A stretch of 64,000 bases of DNA from Squalus acanthias (Eukaryota): the NCBI GenBank assembly GCA_030390025.1, contig CM059432.1, positions 149,546,001-149,610,000 of the forward strand, in the 5' to 3' direction. A program made the position numbers and the translations under genes. The notes under the pieces are model-generated. The model saw nothing but the letters and a program-made list of their open reading frames with translations, had not been told where the DNA came from and did not search any database. Of this stretch, positions 1 to 11,698 are shown piece after piece. Position 1 is the stretch's first letter. Each line of letters starts with the position of its first letter.

Positions 1-439
1 CTGTGTGCAATATAGAGAAATGCTTGCGTTTCAGGCCAGGTGCATGAGACTTTATGGGGGTAACTCTTTTCTGTTGCTGGCATGAGGAGAAGTTAGAGCT
101 ATAACATTAAAGCCTTGAATCCCGAACCCACATTCGCCCCGGTGAAGCTTGGTATTGTAGCAGCACCTCACAAAACTACTCCTGACAGGTCATGAGAGAA
201 AATAGTCGACCCTGCCAGAGTATATAATGCAAGCTGCCACTGGGTGGCACTCCTCAGCTGAAGATAGCTTCATAGTGTGGGATCGAAAGTGCCAGGTGCC
301 TGTAGGAATGTATCACCAAAGGAAGTTAATATCTGCCAATTTATTCCTCGTTAATATTTATAATGACATTTAAATGAGTTTATTTTTGAATGAAAGTCTC
401 AAAAAGCATTAAAATATAGGAGTGATGTCATCGGCTTCG

Positions 440-540
440 ACATGACGTAGGGTAATTGGAGAGCTCTATCAAAGAGCCAGCACTGGCACGATGGGCCGAA
501 TGGCCTCCTTCTGTGCTGTATCATTCTAGGATTCTATGAA
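440..540 (+). mobile_element. CR1 LINE 3' tail fragment
   Basis: Terminal hairpin gggccgaatggcc followed by a (tatgattc)-like tail, as in the other CR1 3' ends in this window. Confidence 0.7.
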
Positions 541-582
541 CTTCATCCATAATGACAGTGCATTTTGACTGGCACTGTTTCC

Positions 583-1045
583 ATAAGAACATAAGAAATA
601 GGAGCAGGAGTCGGCCATTTGGCCCCTCGAGCCTGCTCTGCCATTTAATGAGATCATGGCTGATCTGATCTTGGGCTCAGCTCCACTTCCCTGCCCGCTC
701 CCCATAACCCTCGACTCCCTTATTGTTCAAAAATCTGTCTATCTCCACCTTAAATATATTCAATGACCCAGCCTCCACAGCTCTCTGGGGCAGAGAATTC
801 CACAGATTTACAACCCTCTGAGAGAAGAAATTCCTCCTCATCTCAGTTTTAAATGGGCGACCCCTTATTCTGAAACTATTCCCCCTAGTTCTAGATTCCC
901 CCATGAGGGGAAAAATCTTCTCTGCATCTACCTCGTCGAGCCCCCTCAGTATCTTATATGTTTCAATAAGATCACCTCTCATTCTTCTAAACTCCAATGA
1001 GTATAGGCCCCAGCCTGCTCAACCTTTCTTCATAAGTCAACCCAC
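583..1045 (-). mobile_element. 5'-truncated CR1 LINE (ORF2 C-terminus and 3' UTR)
   Basis: ORF 677..997 RRMRGDLIETYKIL...TRG...NFFSQRVVNLWNSLP is the CR1 ORF2 C-terminus; (tatgttct)n tail. Confidence 0.92.
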
Positions 1046-2145
1046 TTCATCTCATTCCATTCGCATTTTCTCCAAAAGAGCCAGACCTTAATATGAACGG
1101 TAGCCTGTGGCACTTGCCATATAAACACACCTCAAACATGTAGCGTTTACTATTTCTGTACTGGAGCTGTGACAGATAGCACTGTTTTACTCCAAAACAG
1201 GCCATTAGTTTTCTATCCAGTCTGTGTGAGGTATCGGGTTTCTGGCAGTCGAGGATTTGTGACTGTGTTGCTCCACAGACCTTGGTGCAAACTGTGAGAT
1301 ATTTCCTGAAGATTTGATCGAAGTGCAATTGTGCCTCTGAGAGACACAAATAAGGCATCAGCTAACGAGAAGCAGCTGAACAAATGTTAGTTAACCAGTA
1401 ATTTCTCCTTGCCCTGCTGGCAGCAGCTGCAGCACCAAATGTTAAAACATCCCTGGATATGAGTGCATTGCTCGCATCTGCACTCTGTCGAAGAGATTTA
1501 CATAATTTACAGGGCTGAAAACATTGTCATCTCCCTCTTTGGTATCTGTTACTACTGCTTACAAAGTATAAATAATACTTAGAAAGTCTAATTTTAATCA
1601 TGTGTAAACCAACACCATATCTAGCAGCATTATATAGTACAGCACAGAAGGAGGCCATTCGGCCCATCGAGTCTGCGCCGGCTCTTTCGAAGAGCAATCC
1701 AGTTAGTCCCACTCCCCGCTCTTTCCCCAAATCCCTGCAATTTTTTCTCCTTCAAGTATTTATCCAATTCCCTTTTGAAGGCTACTATTGAATCTGTATC
1801 CACCACCCTATCAGGCAGTGTATTCCAAATCCTAACCACTCGTTGCGTAACAACGTTTTTCCTCATGTCGCCTCTGCCTCTTTTGCCAATCGCCTTAAAT
1901 CTGTGCCCTCTGGTTATCGACCCGTCAGCCATTGGAAACAGTTTCTCTTTATTTACTCTATCTAAACCCTTCATGATTTTAAACACCTCTATCAAATCTC
2001 CTCTTAGCCTTCTCTGCTCCATCTTCTCCAGTCTATCCGCGTAACTGTATTCCCTCATCCCTGGAGCAATTCTAGTAAATCTCTTCTGTACCCTCCAAAG
2101 CCTTCACGTCCTTCCTAAAGTGTGGTGCCCAGAATTGGACACAAT

Positions 2146-2889
2146 GGGGGGAACTTTAACCTAAAAAAAAGGGGTAGGTTTGGGGCAGGGTGCAGTTAAA
2201 TTGTTAAAAATCGGAATCCTGACCTGAACCTGCCTCCAACCCGCCCACTTCCGGTTTTAATGGAGGCGCGATGGGGGTCGGGACAGGGGCGGGCAGCCAA
2301 CCCGCTGCCAGGAGGTGGGACGTCAATTTAAATATTACAATGAGGCTGGAAGCCTCTTTTTTAACCTCCATTTTGTGTTTAATTGTAGTTGGTCGGGTTT
2401 TACACACCTCGTGAAACCAGACAGTTACAGCAATGTGAGGACTGCTGCATCCAGGAGGTAAGAGCCTTCATACCTACCTCCAGGATCCAGGGTCCCTGCC
2501 TAACCCACCCCCCGATAAGCATGAGGCTGGCCACGATCCTCCAGTGGCCGGACCCGATCTTCTCTTCCCTTCCTCCCCTCCCCCCCGATCCCTCGACGGC
2601 CCCGATCTTCCTTTCCCCCATCCTGATCCTCTGGAGCCCAGCACCGGCCCCCACCCAATCCCTCCCTCCTCTGTGCAGCCTAGTGCCGCAGGCCTACCTG
2701 CCCGGAGCCAGCCAGCCTCTCCATCTGGCTGGCTGCGGGTGGGAAGCAGAGGCTTCAGATGCAGATCAGGCCCTGCCATTAAAGTCGACAGGGCCTGCGG
2801 GAATCCCGTTCTCCCGGGTTTCCTGCCCACATCGGAGCCCCTCCCCCCCCCCCCGTCCCCAACCCGCTTTCCCCATGAAAATCCAGCCC
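2146..2889. mobile_element. Non-autonomous TIR element (PIF/Harbinger-like MITE)
   Basis: Ends ggggggaactttaac / gaaaatccagccc; 3-bp TSD aat at 2143-2145 and 2890-2892; a related partial copy lies inverted at about 53265-53575. Confidence 0.75.
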
Positions 2890-2932
2890 AATACTCCAGC
2901 TGGGACTGAACTAGTTTTTATAACTTTTTTCC

Positions 2933-2969
2933 AGTTCTGACGAAGGGTCATCGACCTGAAACGTTAACT
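2933..2969 (+). ncRNA. Minimal type-I hammerhead ribozyme motif (family A) in the 5' pLTR
   Basis: AGTT-CTGACGA-A-GGGTC-ATC-GACCT-GAAA-CG-TT-AACT: helix I AGTT/AACT, CUGANGA and GAAA boxes, helix II GGGTC/GACCT, palindromic ACGT helix III. Confidence 0.85.
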
Positions 2970-5057
2970 CTGTTTCTCTCTCCACAGATGCTGCCTGACC
3001 TGCTGAGTGTTTCCAGCATTTTCTGTTTTTATTTCAGATTTCCAGCATCCGCAGTATTTTGCTTTTGTATTAGTGTTTAATTCACTGCCGCTTCTCTTCC
3101 AGGAATGCCCACCTTGAAGAAGTTCTGCTCTTCTCTCCGACGGGATTTCCGTTTGTCTCTTTTACCTTGTTCATCTTCATTGCTTTCTGTCTCCCTTCTC
3201 GTGTTTGATCAGTTTTCTACCAAAACTCGCTTTCACAGCCACACATCTTTCCTCAACAACTGTCTCCGGCTCCGACTTACTCCACATGGATTCCAACTGA
3301 AATTCTACCCTTCGTGTTTTGGGTCCACCCAGGATTATAGATATCTCAGAGATATTCAGCGTTCCTCGAACCACTGCTCTCGCCGTATCCTGAGATCCAC
3401 GCTGAATGCCATGCGACGCCACATGAACACCCTCGACCTCTCTCTTCAGCAGCACCGACTCACTCTATCTCAAAGTGGTCCTAGTCCGCAGTTCCATTTC
3501 ATCCTTCGCCTCATCCGGTGCTTTAACAAAAAACTATTTTTCTTCCTGTCAGGTGTCAAGGATCGCAAGCTTCAACAACTCTTGGACACCAACGCCCCTT
3601 CGGAACTTTCTTCCCCATCACTTTCCTCTGACCCCATCCCTTCTCCCAATCTCACCCCCTGCCGTGTTTTCACTATCCCCTCTGACCTTCCCCTCTCTGA
3701 TCTCGAACAATCAGTCCTCAGCAAAGGCCTGAGCTTCATCCCCTTACGCCCCCACCTCAATGAATTTTGAGCTTGGCATGATGCTCTGCTCTTTTTCCGT
3801 CACCATCGTCTCCTTGCCCACTTCTTTGGCCAGCAGTCTTCCCCCCACACAGCTGACCCTTTCTCCCGTTTTCAGAATTCTCGTTCTACCTGGACCCCTC
3901 CCTCTGGCCTCTTAACGTCTCTAGATCTTTTCATTGCGAACTGCTGGCGTGACATCGGCTGTCTCAATTTCTCTGCTCCCCTCACTCACTCCAACCTACC
4001 TCCCTCTGAACTTGCAGCACTCCATTCTCTCAGATCCAACCCCAACATTGTCATTAAACCTCCTGACAAGGGTGGTGCTGTTGTTGTTTGGGAACCGACC
4101 TCTACCGAGCGAAGCTGAACGCCAACTCTCCGACACCTCCTCCTACCTCCACCTGGACCATGACCCCACTACCGAACATCAAGCCATTGTTTCCAAGACT
4201 GTCACTGACCTCATCTCCTCTGGAGATCTTCCCCCCACGGCCGCCAACCTCATAGTTCCCCAACCCCGCACAGCCCGCTTCTACCTCCTTCCCAAGATCC
4301 ACAAACAGGACTGCCCTGGTAGACCCATCGTTTCAGCCTGTTCTTGCCCTATGGAACTGATTCCTTCCTATTTCAACTCTATTTTTTCCCACCTACATCC
4401 GCGACTCTTCCTCCGCCCTCCGCCACTTTAACAGTTTCCAGTTTCCTGGTCCCACCGTCTCCTTTTCACCATGGACGTCCAATCCTTCTACACCTCCATC
4501 CCCCACCAGGATGGCCTGAGGGCGCTCCGCTTCTTCCTTGAACAGAGGCCCAACCAGTCCCCATCCACCGCCACCCTCCTCCACCTGGCTGAACTTGTTC
4601 TCACATTGAACAACTTCTCCTTTGACTCCACTCACTTCCTACAAATGACGTTTCATCAGAACTGAGTTATTTCAGATTTCCAACATCCGCAGTATTTTGC
4701 TATTGTATCCACTATAAGCCCACTGACTCCCACAGCTACCTGGACTACACTTCCTCCCACCCCGCTCCCTGTAAGGACTCTATTCCATTCTCCCAGTTTC
4801 TCCATCTCCGTCGCATCTGTTCTGACGATGCCACCTTCCATACCAATGCTTCAGATACATCTTCCTTTTTTCTCAACCAAGGATTCCCCTCTACTGTAGT
4901 TGACATGACCCTCGACCATGTTCGTTCCTTTTCCCACACTTCTGCTCTCACCCCTTCCTTCCCTCCTAAAACCATGATAGGGTTCCCCTTGTCCTCACCT
5001 TTCACCCCACCATCCTCCGCCATTTCCGCCACCTCCAGCGTGATCCCACCACCAAAC

Positions 5058-5208
5058 TCTAGACACAAAAGGCATCAAGGGGTATGGGGAGAGAGCGGGA
5101 ATATGGTATTGAGATAGAGGATCAGCCATGATCATATTGAATGGCGGAGCAGGCTCGAAGGGCCGAATGGCCGACTCCTGCTCCTATTTTTCTATGTTTC
5201 TATGTTTC
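5058..5208 (+). mobile_element. CR1 3' end inserted into the Penelope ORF
   Basis: KGIKGYGE-like end, gggccgaatggcc hairpin, (tatgtttc)n tail; Penelope sequence resumes on both sides with a short caaac duplication. Confidence 0.85.
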
Positions 5209-6162
5209 AAACATATCTTCCCTCCCCTCCCCTTTCAGCATTCCGAAGGTACCGCTCCCTCCGCGACACCCTGGTCCACTCCTCTATCACCCCCAACACC
5301 CCTTCTCCTTCGCCTGCAAGCGCAGGAGATGCAACACCTGCCCTTTTACCTCCTCCCTTCCCACTGTCCAGGGCCCTAAACACACCTTCCAGGTGAAACA
5401 GCGAATTGCTTGTACTTTTTGCAATTTAGTATACTGTATTCGCTGCTCATGATGTGGTCTCCTCTACATTGGGGAGACCAAACGCAGATTGGGTGACCGC
5501 TTTGCGGAACACCTCCGTTCAGTCCGTAAGGGGGACCCCGAGCTTCCGGTCGCCTGTCCCTTTAATTCTCCGCTCCACTCCCACTCTGACCTCTCCGTCC
5601 TCGGCCTCTTACACTGTTCCAATGGAGCTCAACGTAAGCTCGAGGAACAGCACCTCATCTTTCGATCAGGCACTTTACAGCCTTCTGGACTCAACATCGA
5701 GTTCAGCAATTTCAGACCATGACCTCTGCCCCTATTTTTTCAGATGGCAGCTGTTGATGATTCTGCCATTCCCATTTACACCTCCTCTAGACCCATCTTT
5801 TGTTTCTTTACTTGTCCCATTACCATCTCCTTTCACTTTGTGCAATTGTATGATTTGAAAGATCAGTAAAACTGTTAGCAATGTTGTTGTGATGTACATA
5901 ATGAGAATGCTCTGTCTCCCATGAAAAGCAATCTTTATATCAACAAGTAAAGTAATTTGAGTCTTAGGTAATGTTCAGTCAGTCATGAGTGGAAATAAAA
6001 ATCACATTTTGGAATGGTGTTGCTCTGCTCAGAATTCCAACCCACCTCAGTTTTTGTCATTTAATCTCTCCTGCCTTCCACCCTATCACAGGCCTTCCCT
6101 TTTGTCCTGTCCTCCCCTCCCCCTACACTTGCTTAAAATCTGTTCCATCTCCAGCTTTTTCC

Positions 6163-6199
6163 AGTTCTGACAAAGGGTCATTGACCTGAAACGTTAACT
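6163..6199 (+). ncRNA. Degenerate family-A hammerhead motif in the 3' pLTR
   Basis: AGTT-CTGACAA-AGGGTCATTGACCT-GAAACGTT-AACT; the conserved core G is changed to A (CpG-type decay). Confidence 0.7.
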
Positions 6200-8044
6200 C
6201 TGTTTCTCTCTCCACAGATGCTGCCTGGCCTGCTGAGCATTTCCAGCATTTTCTGTTTTTATTTTAGTTTTTATACAGGTTTATTTCTGGCTTTTGTACT
6301 CTGTGCCTCTATTTATAAAATCCAGGATCCCGTATACTTTATTAACGGCTTTGTTAACATGTCCTTCCACCTTCAAAGATTTGTGCACAAACACCCCCAG
6401 GTCTCTCCATTCTTGCATCCCCTTTAAAATTGTACCATTTAGTCTGTATTGTCTCTCCTCATTCTTCCGACCAAAATGGATCACCTCACACTTTTCTGCA
6501 TTGAATTTCATCTGCCATGTGTCCGCACATTCTACCGGCCTGCCTATGTCCTCTTGAAGTCTATCACTATCTTCCTCACTGTTTTCTACACATTCAAGAT
6601 TTCTGTCATCTGCAAATTTTGAAATTGTTGCCCTGTATCCCCAAGTCCAAGTCATTAATGTATATCAAAAACAGCAGTGGTCCTAGAACTGAGCGTTGGA
6701 GAACACCACTGTATACCTCTCTCCAGGCCGAAAAACATCCATTCACCACAATTCTCTGTTTTCTATTCCTTAGCCAATTTTGTATCCATATTGCTACTGC
6801 CCCTTTTATCCCATGGCTTCAATTTTGCTAACAAGCCTAATATGTGGTACTTTATCAAATGCCTTTTGAAAGTCCATATACACAGCATCAACTGCACTGC
6901 CCTCATCCACCCTCTCTGTTACCTCATCAAAAAACTCAATCAAGTTAGTCAAACATGATTTGCCCTTAACAAATCCGTGCTGGCTCTCTTTTATTAGTCT
7001 ACACTAGTCCAAGTGGCTGTTAATTTTCTCCTGGATTATTGTTTCTAAAAGCTTCCCCACCACCGACGTTAAACTGACTGGCCTGTAATTACCAGGTTTA
7101 TCCTTCTCTCCTTTTTTGAACAAGGGTGTAACATTTGCAATGCTCCAGTCCTTTGGCACCACCCCAGTATCTAAGGAGGATTGGACGATTGTGGCCAGCA
7201 CTTCCACAATTTCTACCCTTACTTACCTCAGCAACCTAGGATACATCCCATCCGGACCGGGTGACTTATCCACTTTAATTACCACCAGCCTGTCTAGCAC
7301 TTCCTCTTTATCTATTCTTATCTCATCCAGTATCCCAGCAACCCCTAGTTTACCATAGCTTTGGCAAATTCCTCTTCCTTGGAAAACACCGATGCAAAAT
7401 ACTCATTTAGTATGTCAGCCATGCCTTCTGCCACCACTAATAGATCTCCATTTTGGTCCCTAATTGGCCTCACCGCTCCTCTGACAACCCTTTTACTGTT
7501 AATATGCCTATAGAAGACCTTTGGATTGCCCTTTATGTTAGCTGCCAATCTATTCTCGTACTGCCTCTTTGCCCCTCTTATTTCATTTTTCACTTCTCCT
7601 CTGTACTTTTTATATTCAGTCTGATTCTCCCTTGTATTATCAAGCTCACATCTGTCATACGCCCCCTTTTTCTGCTTCATCCGACTCTCCAACTCCTTCG
7701 TTATCCAGGGAGGACTCCCTTTGGTTGCCCTTCTTTTCCCCCTTGTGGGAGTCATTGGAAGTGCTACCATCTAAATGCTCTACATGCAAAATAGTTAATG
7801 TCCTCGTAGCCTACTGCAAAAATAAAAGGAAATCTGCTCTTGTACAAATTTTCCTTCCTCTGGGGGGATGCTCTGAGTGGGTGCCCCAGAGCTCAATGTT
7901 GGGACAACTACAGTTTCTAGCTTGCATCAATGACTTGGATTCAGAAACTTAATGCAAATCCGTCAACTTTCCAGATAATACCAAACTAGGAGGGACAGTA
8001 GAATCAAAGAAGGAAGTTCAGAAATTACAGGAGATAGACAAAAT

Positions 8045-8789
8045 GGGCTGGATTTTGATACTGGGGTGGGTTGGGGTCGTGTCATCCGCATTTCGTGTTA
8101 TCCATCCGACTGCAATTGGATGTGGGAGATTGATGCGATTTTCACTTAATTGGGCAATTGAGTTCCAGCATGTGGGAACCCATGAACCAATTACTGGTTT
8201 CAGTCTGAAAGTCGCCTCTGATGATGTCATCATTGCAGGTCAGAGACTGCCTGGTCTCAGAGATTGCCTGGCCTTTGCTGTGAGAGGACCTGGATGCAAA
8301 ATGAGCAGCAACTCAGAGAGAGAGAGAGAGAATTTTTTTTGCAACCAAGTCCTCCCAGGCAGTCTCTGAACACATTCAATGCAGCAGCATCAGAGGCGAC
8401 TTTCAGACTTTCAGACCTAATACTACTACTACCTTCATCACATCTCCGTTGTAATAGTGGACCTGCAGCCGATAGTCAGCTATCCACTTGTGCTCCCACC
8501 AGGTTTCACTGGCGTGTTTCACATCAGGCATACTTCACGTCGGAAAAGGGTTAAACTAGCTAAAATGTTTCAAAATGGCATTACAGAGCTAATTTAGGGC
8601 TTGTTAAGGGCTTTAATGGCCTCTCCCGCCTCTTGGAGGCGGGACGGAGTCGGGAACCCCGCGACCGATTTTGTCCAAATTGCGTGGAGGCGGAATGGAG
8701 TCGGGATGGGGTCGGGACCCCCGAATCTGCAACTTTAACCCCCCACACGCCTCCAAACCCGACTCCATGGGTCATTGAAAATCCAGCCC
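8045..8789. mobile_element. Harbinger-like MITE
   Basis: TIR gggctggatttt / aaaatccagccc; 3-bp TSD aat; second copy at 47471-48090. Confidence 0.85.
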
Positions 8790-9292
8790 AATATGTTTGT
8801 GGGCAAAACAATGTCAGATGAAAATTAATGCAGAGAAGTGTAAAGCACTGCACATAGGGAGAAAAAATGGACAACACACATACTTCATTAACGGTGCTGA
8901 AATTCAATTAAAAAAAAAGTTGAAAAAGACCCAAGAAACTTCGTCGACTCAACATTCAACATGTTCAACCAGTGCAGAGCAATAATCAACAAAACAACGG
9001 AATCTTGAACGGCGTAGCCACAACAGTAGAATATAAGTCAGAGGAAGTTATAGCCAAACTCTACAGTGTTCTGCTCAGATCACATCTTGATGACAGTGCC
9101 ACGTTCTGGACACTGAGGGCTTGAAATTCATTATAGCCAAGAAATGGGCAGTGTTTAGACTAAAAACGGTTAAGTAGCGCTGTTGAAAATTGTCTAGGCT
9201 GCATGCAAACTTCATCCTCACTCCCCATTAAAATGATGCAGTCATAATTCTAGTCTAAAAGCTCAAGCTCATTGGCGTTACACTGAAAGGAT

Positions 9293-9897
9293 CCCAATGG
9301 AGGGCTCTCTACGCGGGAGTCCTCCCTTGTTCTATTGGGGACTTGGCCTGGAGGGTGTTGCACGGAGCAGTCCCGTGCAATAGGGTTTTAAATGGGTTCA
9401 CGGACTCGCAGGCTGCTTGCCATTTCTGCGGCCTGGAGGAGTCCGTTTTTCACATATATATGGAGTGTGAGAGGTTGCAGCCCCTCTTTCATTATCTGAA
9501 GGGGCTGCTCCTCAATTTTTGGTTGCACTTCAGCCCCACGCTCCTGATCTACGGTCACCCGGTGCGGAGGGGAGCGGGCAGGTCGGAGGACCTCCTCGTG
9601 GGACTGCTCCTGGGCCTGGCCAAAGTGGCCATTAATTGGTCCAGGCAGCGGGCGGTCGAGGGGGTCGTTCGGCCCGACTGCCCGCCTCTCTTCCGCGGCC
9701 ATGTTCGCGCCCGGGTGGCCCTGGAGATGGAGCACGCGGTGTCCGCCGGCACGCTTGAGTTTTTCCGCGACCGGTGGGCGCCGCGGGGACTGGAGTGCAT
9801 CGTCACCCCGGGCTACCAAATTTTAATTTAATTTGTTAAGTTTCCTTTGAAGTTTTATTGATTTACAGTCATTTGGTTTAGCACCCATACAAAAGAG
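9293..9897 (+). mobile_element. 5'-truncated Tx1/L1-clade LINE (C-terminal zinc finger of ORF2)
   Basis: ORF 9343..9831 WRVLHGAV...CHFCGLEESVFHIYMEC (CCHC, zf-RVT-like); exact 14-bp TSD tacactgaaaggat at 9279-9292 and 9898-9911. Confidence 0.88.
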
Positions 9898-10089
9898 TAC
9901 ACTGAAAGGATGGACCAATATCGGGGGCAGTCTAAACGCAAGTAATGATTGCCACAGGCTTTTTTCACTCCTTAAAGGGGAGGCCCGTTGATGCTGCAGC
10001 ACCTCATTTTCAGCATTGTTGGGTGTGCAGCTGCCTCAACAACCATAAGAAGAACGACAAAGAGAAGGAGCACTTATTTACAAAGCCTG

Positions 10090-10332
10090 ATGGCAGATCG
10101 CCGCCCCAGGGAGAGAGCCCGGAGGTTTTCCAATGAAGCTTTGGAGGCATTGGTTTTCGCGGTGGAAAGATGGCGGGCGGTCCTGTACCCGTCAACTTGC
10201 AGGAGGCCCTCACCACAAGTCTGCCAGACTATGTGGAGGGAGGTAGCACACCACATCATGGGCAGCACTGTGCTCCCCAGGACCCACACACAGTGCAGGA
10301 AGAAGTTTAACGAGCTCACACAAGTGGTCAGG
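10090..10332 (+). CDS. First exon of a Harbinger Myb/SANT-like (trihelix) DNA-binding protein, transposon-derived
   Basis: MADRRPRERARRFSNEALEALV...MWREVA...RTHTQCRKKFNEL; 81 open codons from ATG to a gtgagt donor at 10333; downstream exons not found. Confidence 0.75.
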
Positions 10333-11335
10333 GTGAGTGAAGGCTTCAACTAATGCTATATACCACCATCTGTACCACTAGCCTCACACACTGCTCAATG
10401 TACCACACCCCCAGCACTCACCCAGCAACAATCTCTACCTAGCAACACTCACACCCACATCTCACACCTTGCACACAATGACAGCTATTCAACTGTGGCA
10501 GGCACAAGGGTAATTAGTTATTCGAATTCATGTGATATGTGTGATATGTTTATAACTAAATTTATTAATTGTGTTTGGAATATTTTGTTGTCTCTCTCAT
10601 TTCACCTTTGTGCCCAGGAGATGCTGTGATATGGAATGAGACAGGGATTTGTATCATGGGGATGTGTTGAGATATGGGGATCTGGGGTTTCATTCATGCG
10701 AATCGGAGTCTGATGAGCTGAGTCGGTCACGGACAGCCCATCCGGAAGGCCGATTGTCTTGCTGCCTCCACTCCCTCCACCGTAGATCCTGGAGTGTGAG
10801 GTCCACTGCCAGTACAGCCCCCATGATTTATAGCAAATGTTGTAGGTTGAAGCTTTTCAGAAATAATTATGGAGTTTTGTACTTGCCACGACACTCCCTG
10901 ATACCAAAGAACCTTGAAATGAATAAAGAAAAATCTTCAAGTAGCAGGAAGGAGCACACAGCCACTCAAACTTCAAAAACCTGTCAGGTCCGAGTGATTG
11001 GTGATGATCCCTTTAAATAGCATCGCTGGAGCCGGCTTCCTGCTGTTGCCCACCACCTGAAGCTGTCGTTGTTTTCACCAGCTGGTAAGTACATTGGCTG
11101 TAATGAAGTTGGGAGTTTGGGCGTCAAGTGAGCGTTGCACACTCACTGACGTCACAACCTCCGTGATGGCGAGGTCCCGGCGATCGCAATCAGCAGCAGC
11201 GCTACCAGCAACACTGATATGGCGTGCGGCCCTGGAACCGGCATCAGGTGGCGTTAAAGCTCTCAACAGCGTTTTAGCGCCATCTTATGGCGCTAATGTG
11301 TGGCTCAAACCACACGAATTTCTCCCACTTAGAAA

Positions 11336-11698
11336 GAAAAAAAGAAAGACTTGCATTTATATAGTGCCTCAAAGCACTTTACAGCCAATGAAGTACTATT
11401 TGAAGTGGAGTCACTGTTGTAATGTGGGAAACGCGGCAGCCAATTTGCGCACAGCAAGGTCCCACAAACAGCAATGTGATGATGACCAGATAATCTGTTT
11501 TAGTGATGTTGGTTGAGGGATAAATATTGGCCAGGACACCGGGGAGAACTCCCCTGCTCTTATTCGAAATAGTGGCCGTGGGATCTTTTACGTCCACCTG
11601 AGAGAGCAGATGGGGCCTCGGTTTAACGTCTCATCTGAAAGACGGCACCTCTGACAGTGCAGCACTCCCTCAGCACTGCACTGGGAGTGTCAGACTAG
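11336..11698 (-). mobile_element. DeuSINE (SacSINE1/AmnSINE1-like), 5'-truncated
   Basis: Deu-domain gatgagacgttaaaccgaggcccc...aaagatcccacggccactattt...cctggccaatatttatccctcaacc; L2-like tail; cttagaaa duplicated at the flanks. Confidence 0.85.

Larger units (their letters stand above)
2923..6264 (+). mobile_element. Near full-length Penelope-like retroelement (Neptune-type, RT + GIY-YIG) with direct pLTRs, pseudogenised
   Basis: N-terminus 3105..3770 (FLNNCL...PHGFQLK); RT motifs FYLLPKIHK...PGRPIVS and MDVQSFYTSIPH; Cys linker CKRRRCNTC; GIY-YIG LVYCIRC...YIGET...RFAEH...QPSGLN; repeated pLTR at 2923-3070 and 6155-6264; 11-bp TSD tagtttttata at 2912-2922 and 6265-6275. Confidence 0.93.
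1625..7765 (-). mobile_element. Degenerate CR1 LINE (about 2 kb of its own sequence) interrupted by a MITE (2146-2889) and a Penelope-like element (2923-6264)
   Basis: Collinear CR1 ORF2 pieces: 7345..7770 (NPKVFYRHINSK), 7004..7207 (ANVTPLFKKG, NYRPVSLTS), 6281..6655 (KFADD, WQMKFN), 1630..2058 (RRLRGDLI). The CR1 sequence resumes across both insertions. Confidence 0.9.
9117..11326. mobile_element. Internally deleted two-gene PIF/Harbinger transposon
   Basis: Imperfect TIRs gggcttgaaattc / gaatttctccc; Myb/SANT exon on + and a fused start/end transposase remnant on -. Confidence 0.65.

Noticed and set aside
2389..2940. Pro-rich ORFs (also 12837..13352, 30075..30455, 53167..53658)
   Set aside because: Chance ORFs in GC-rich MITEs; frames are not maintained between copies.
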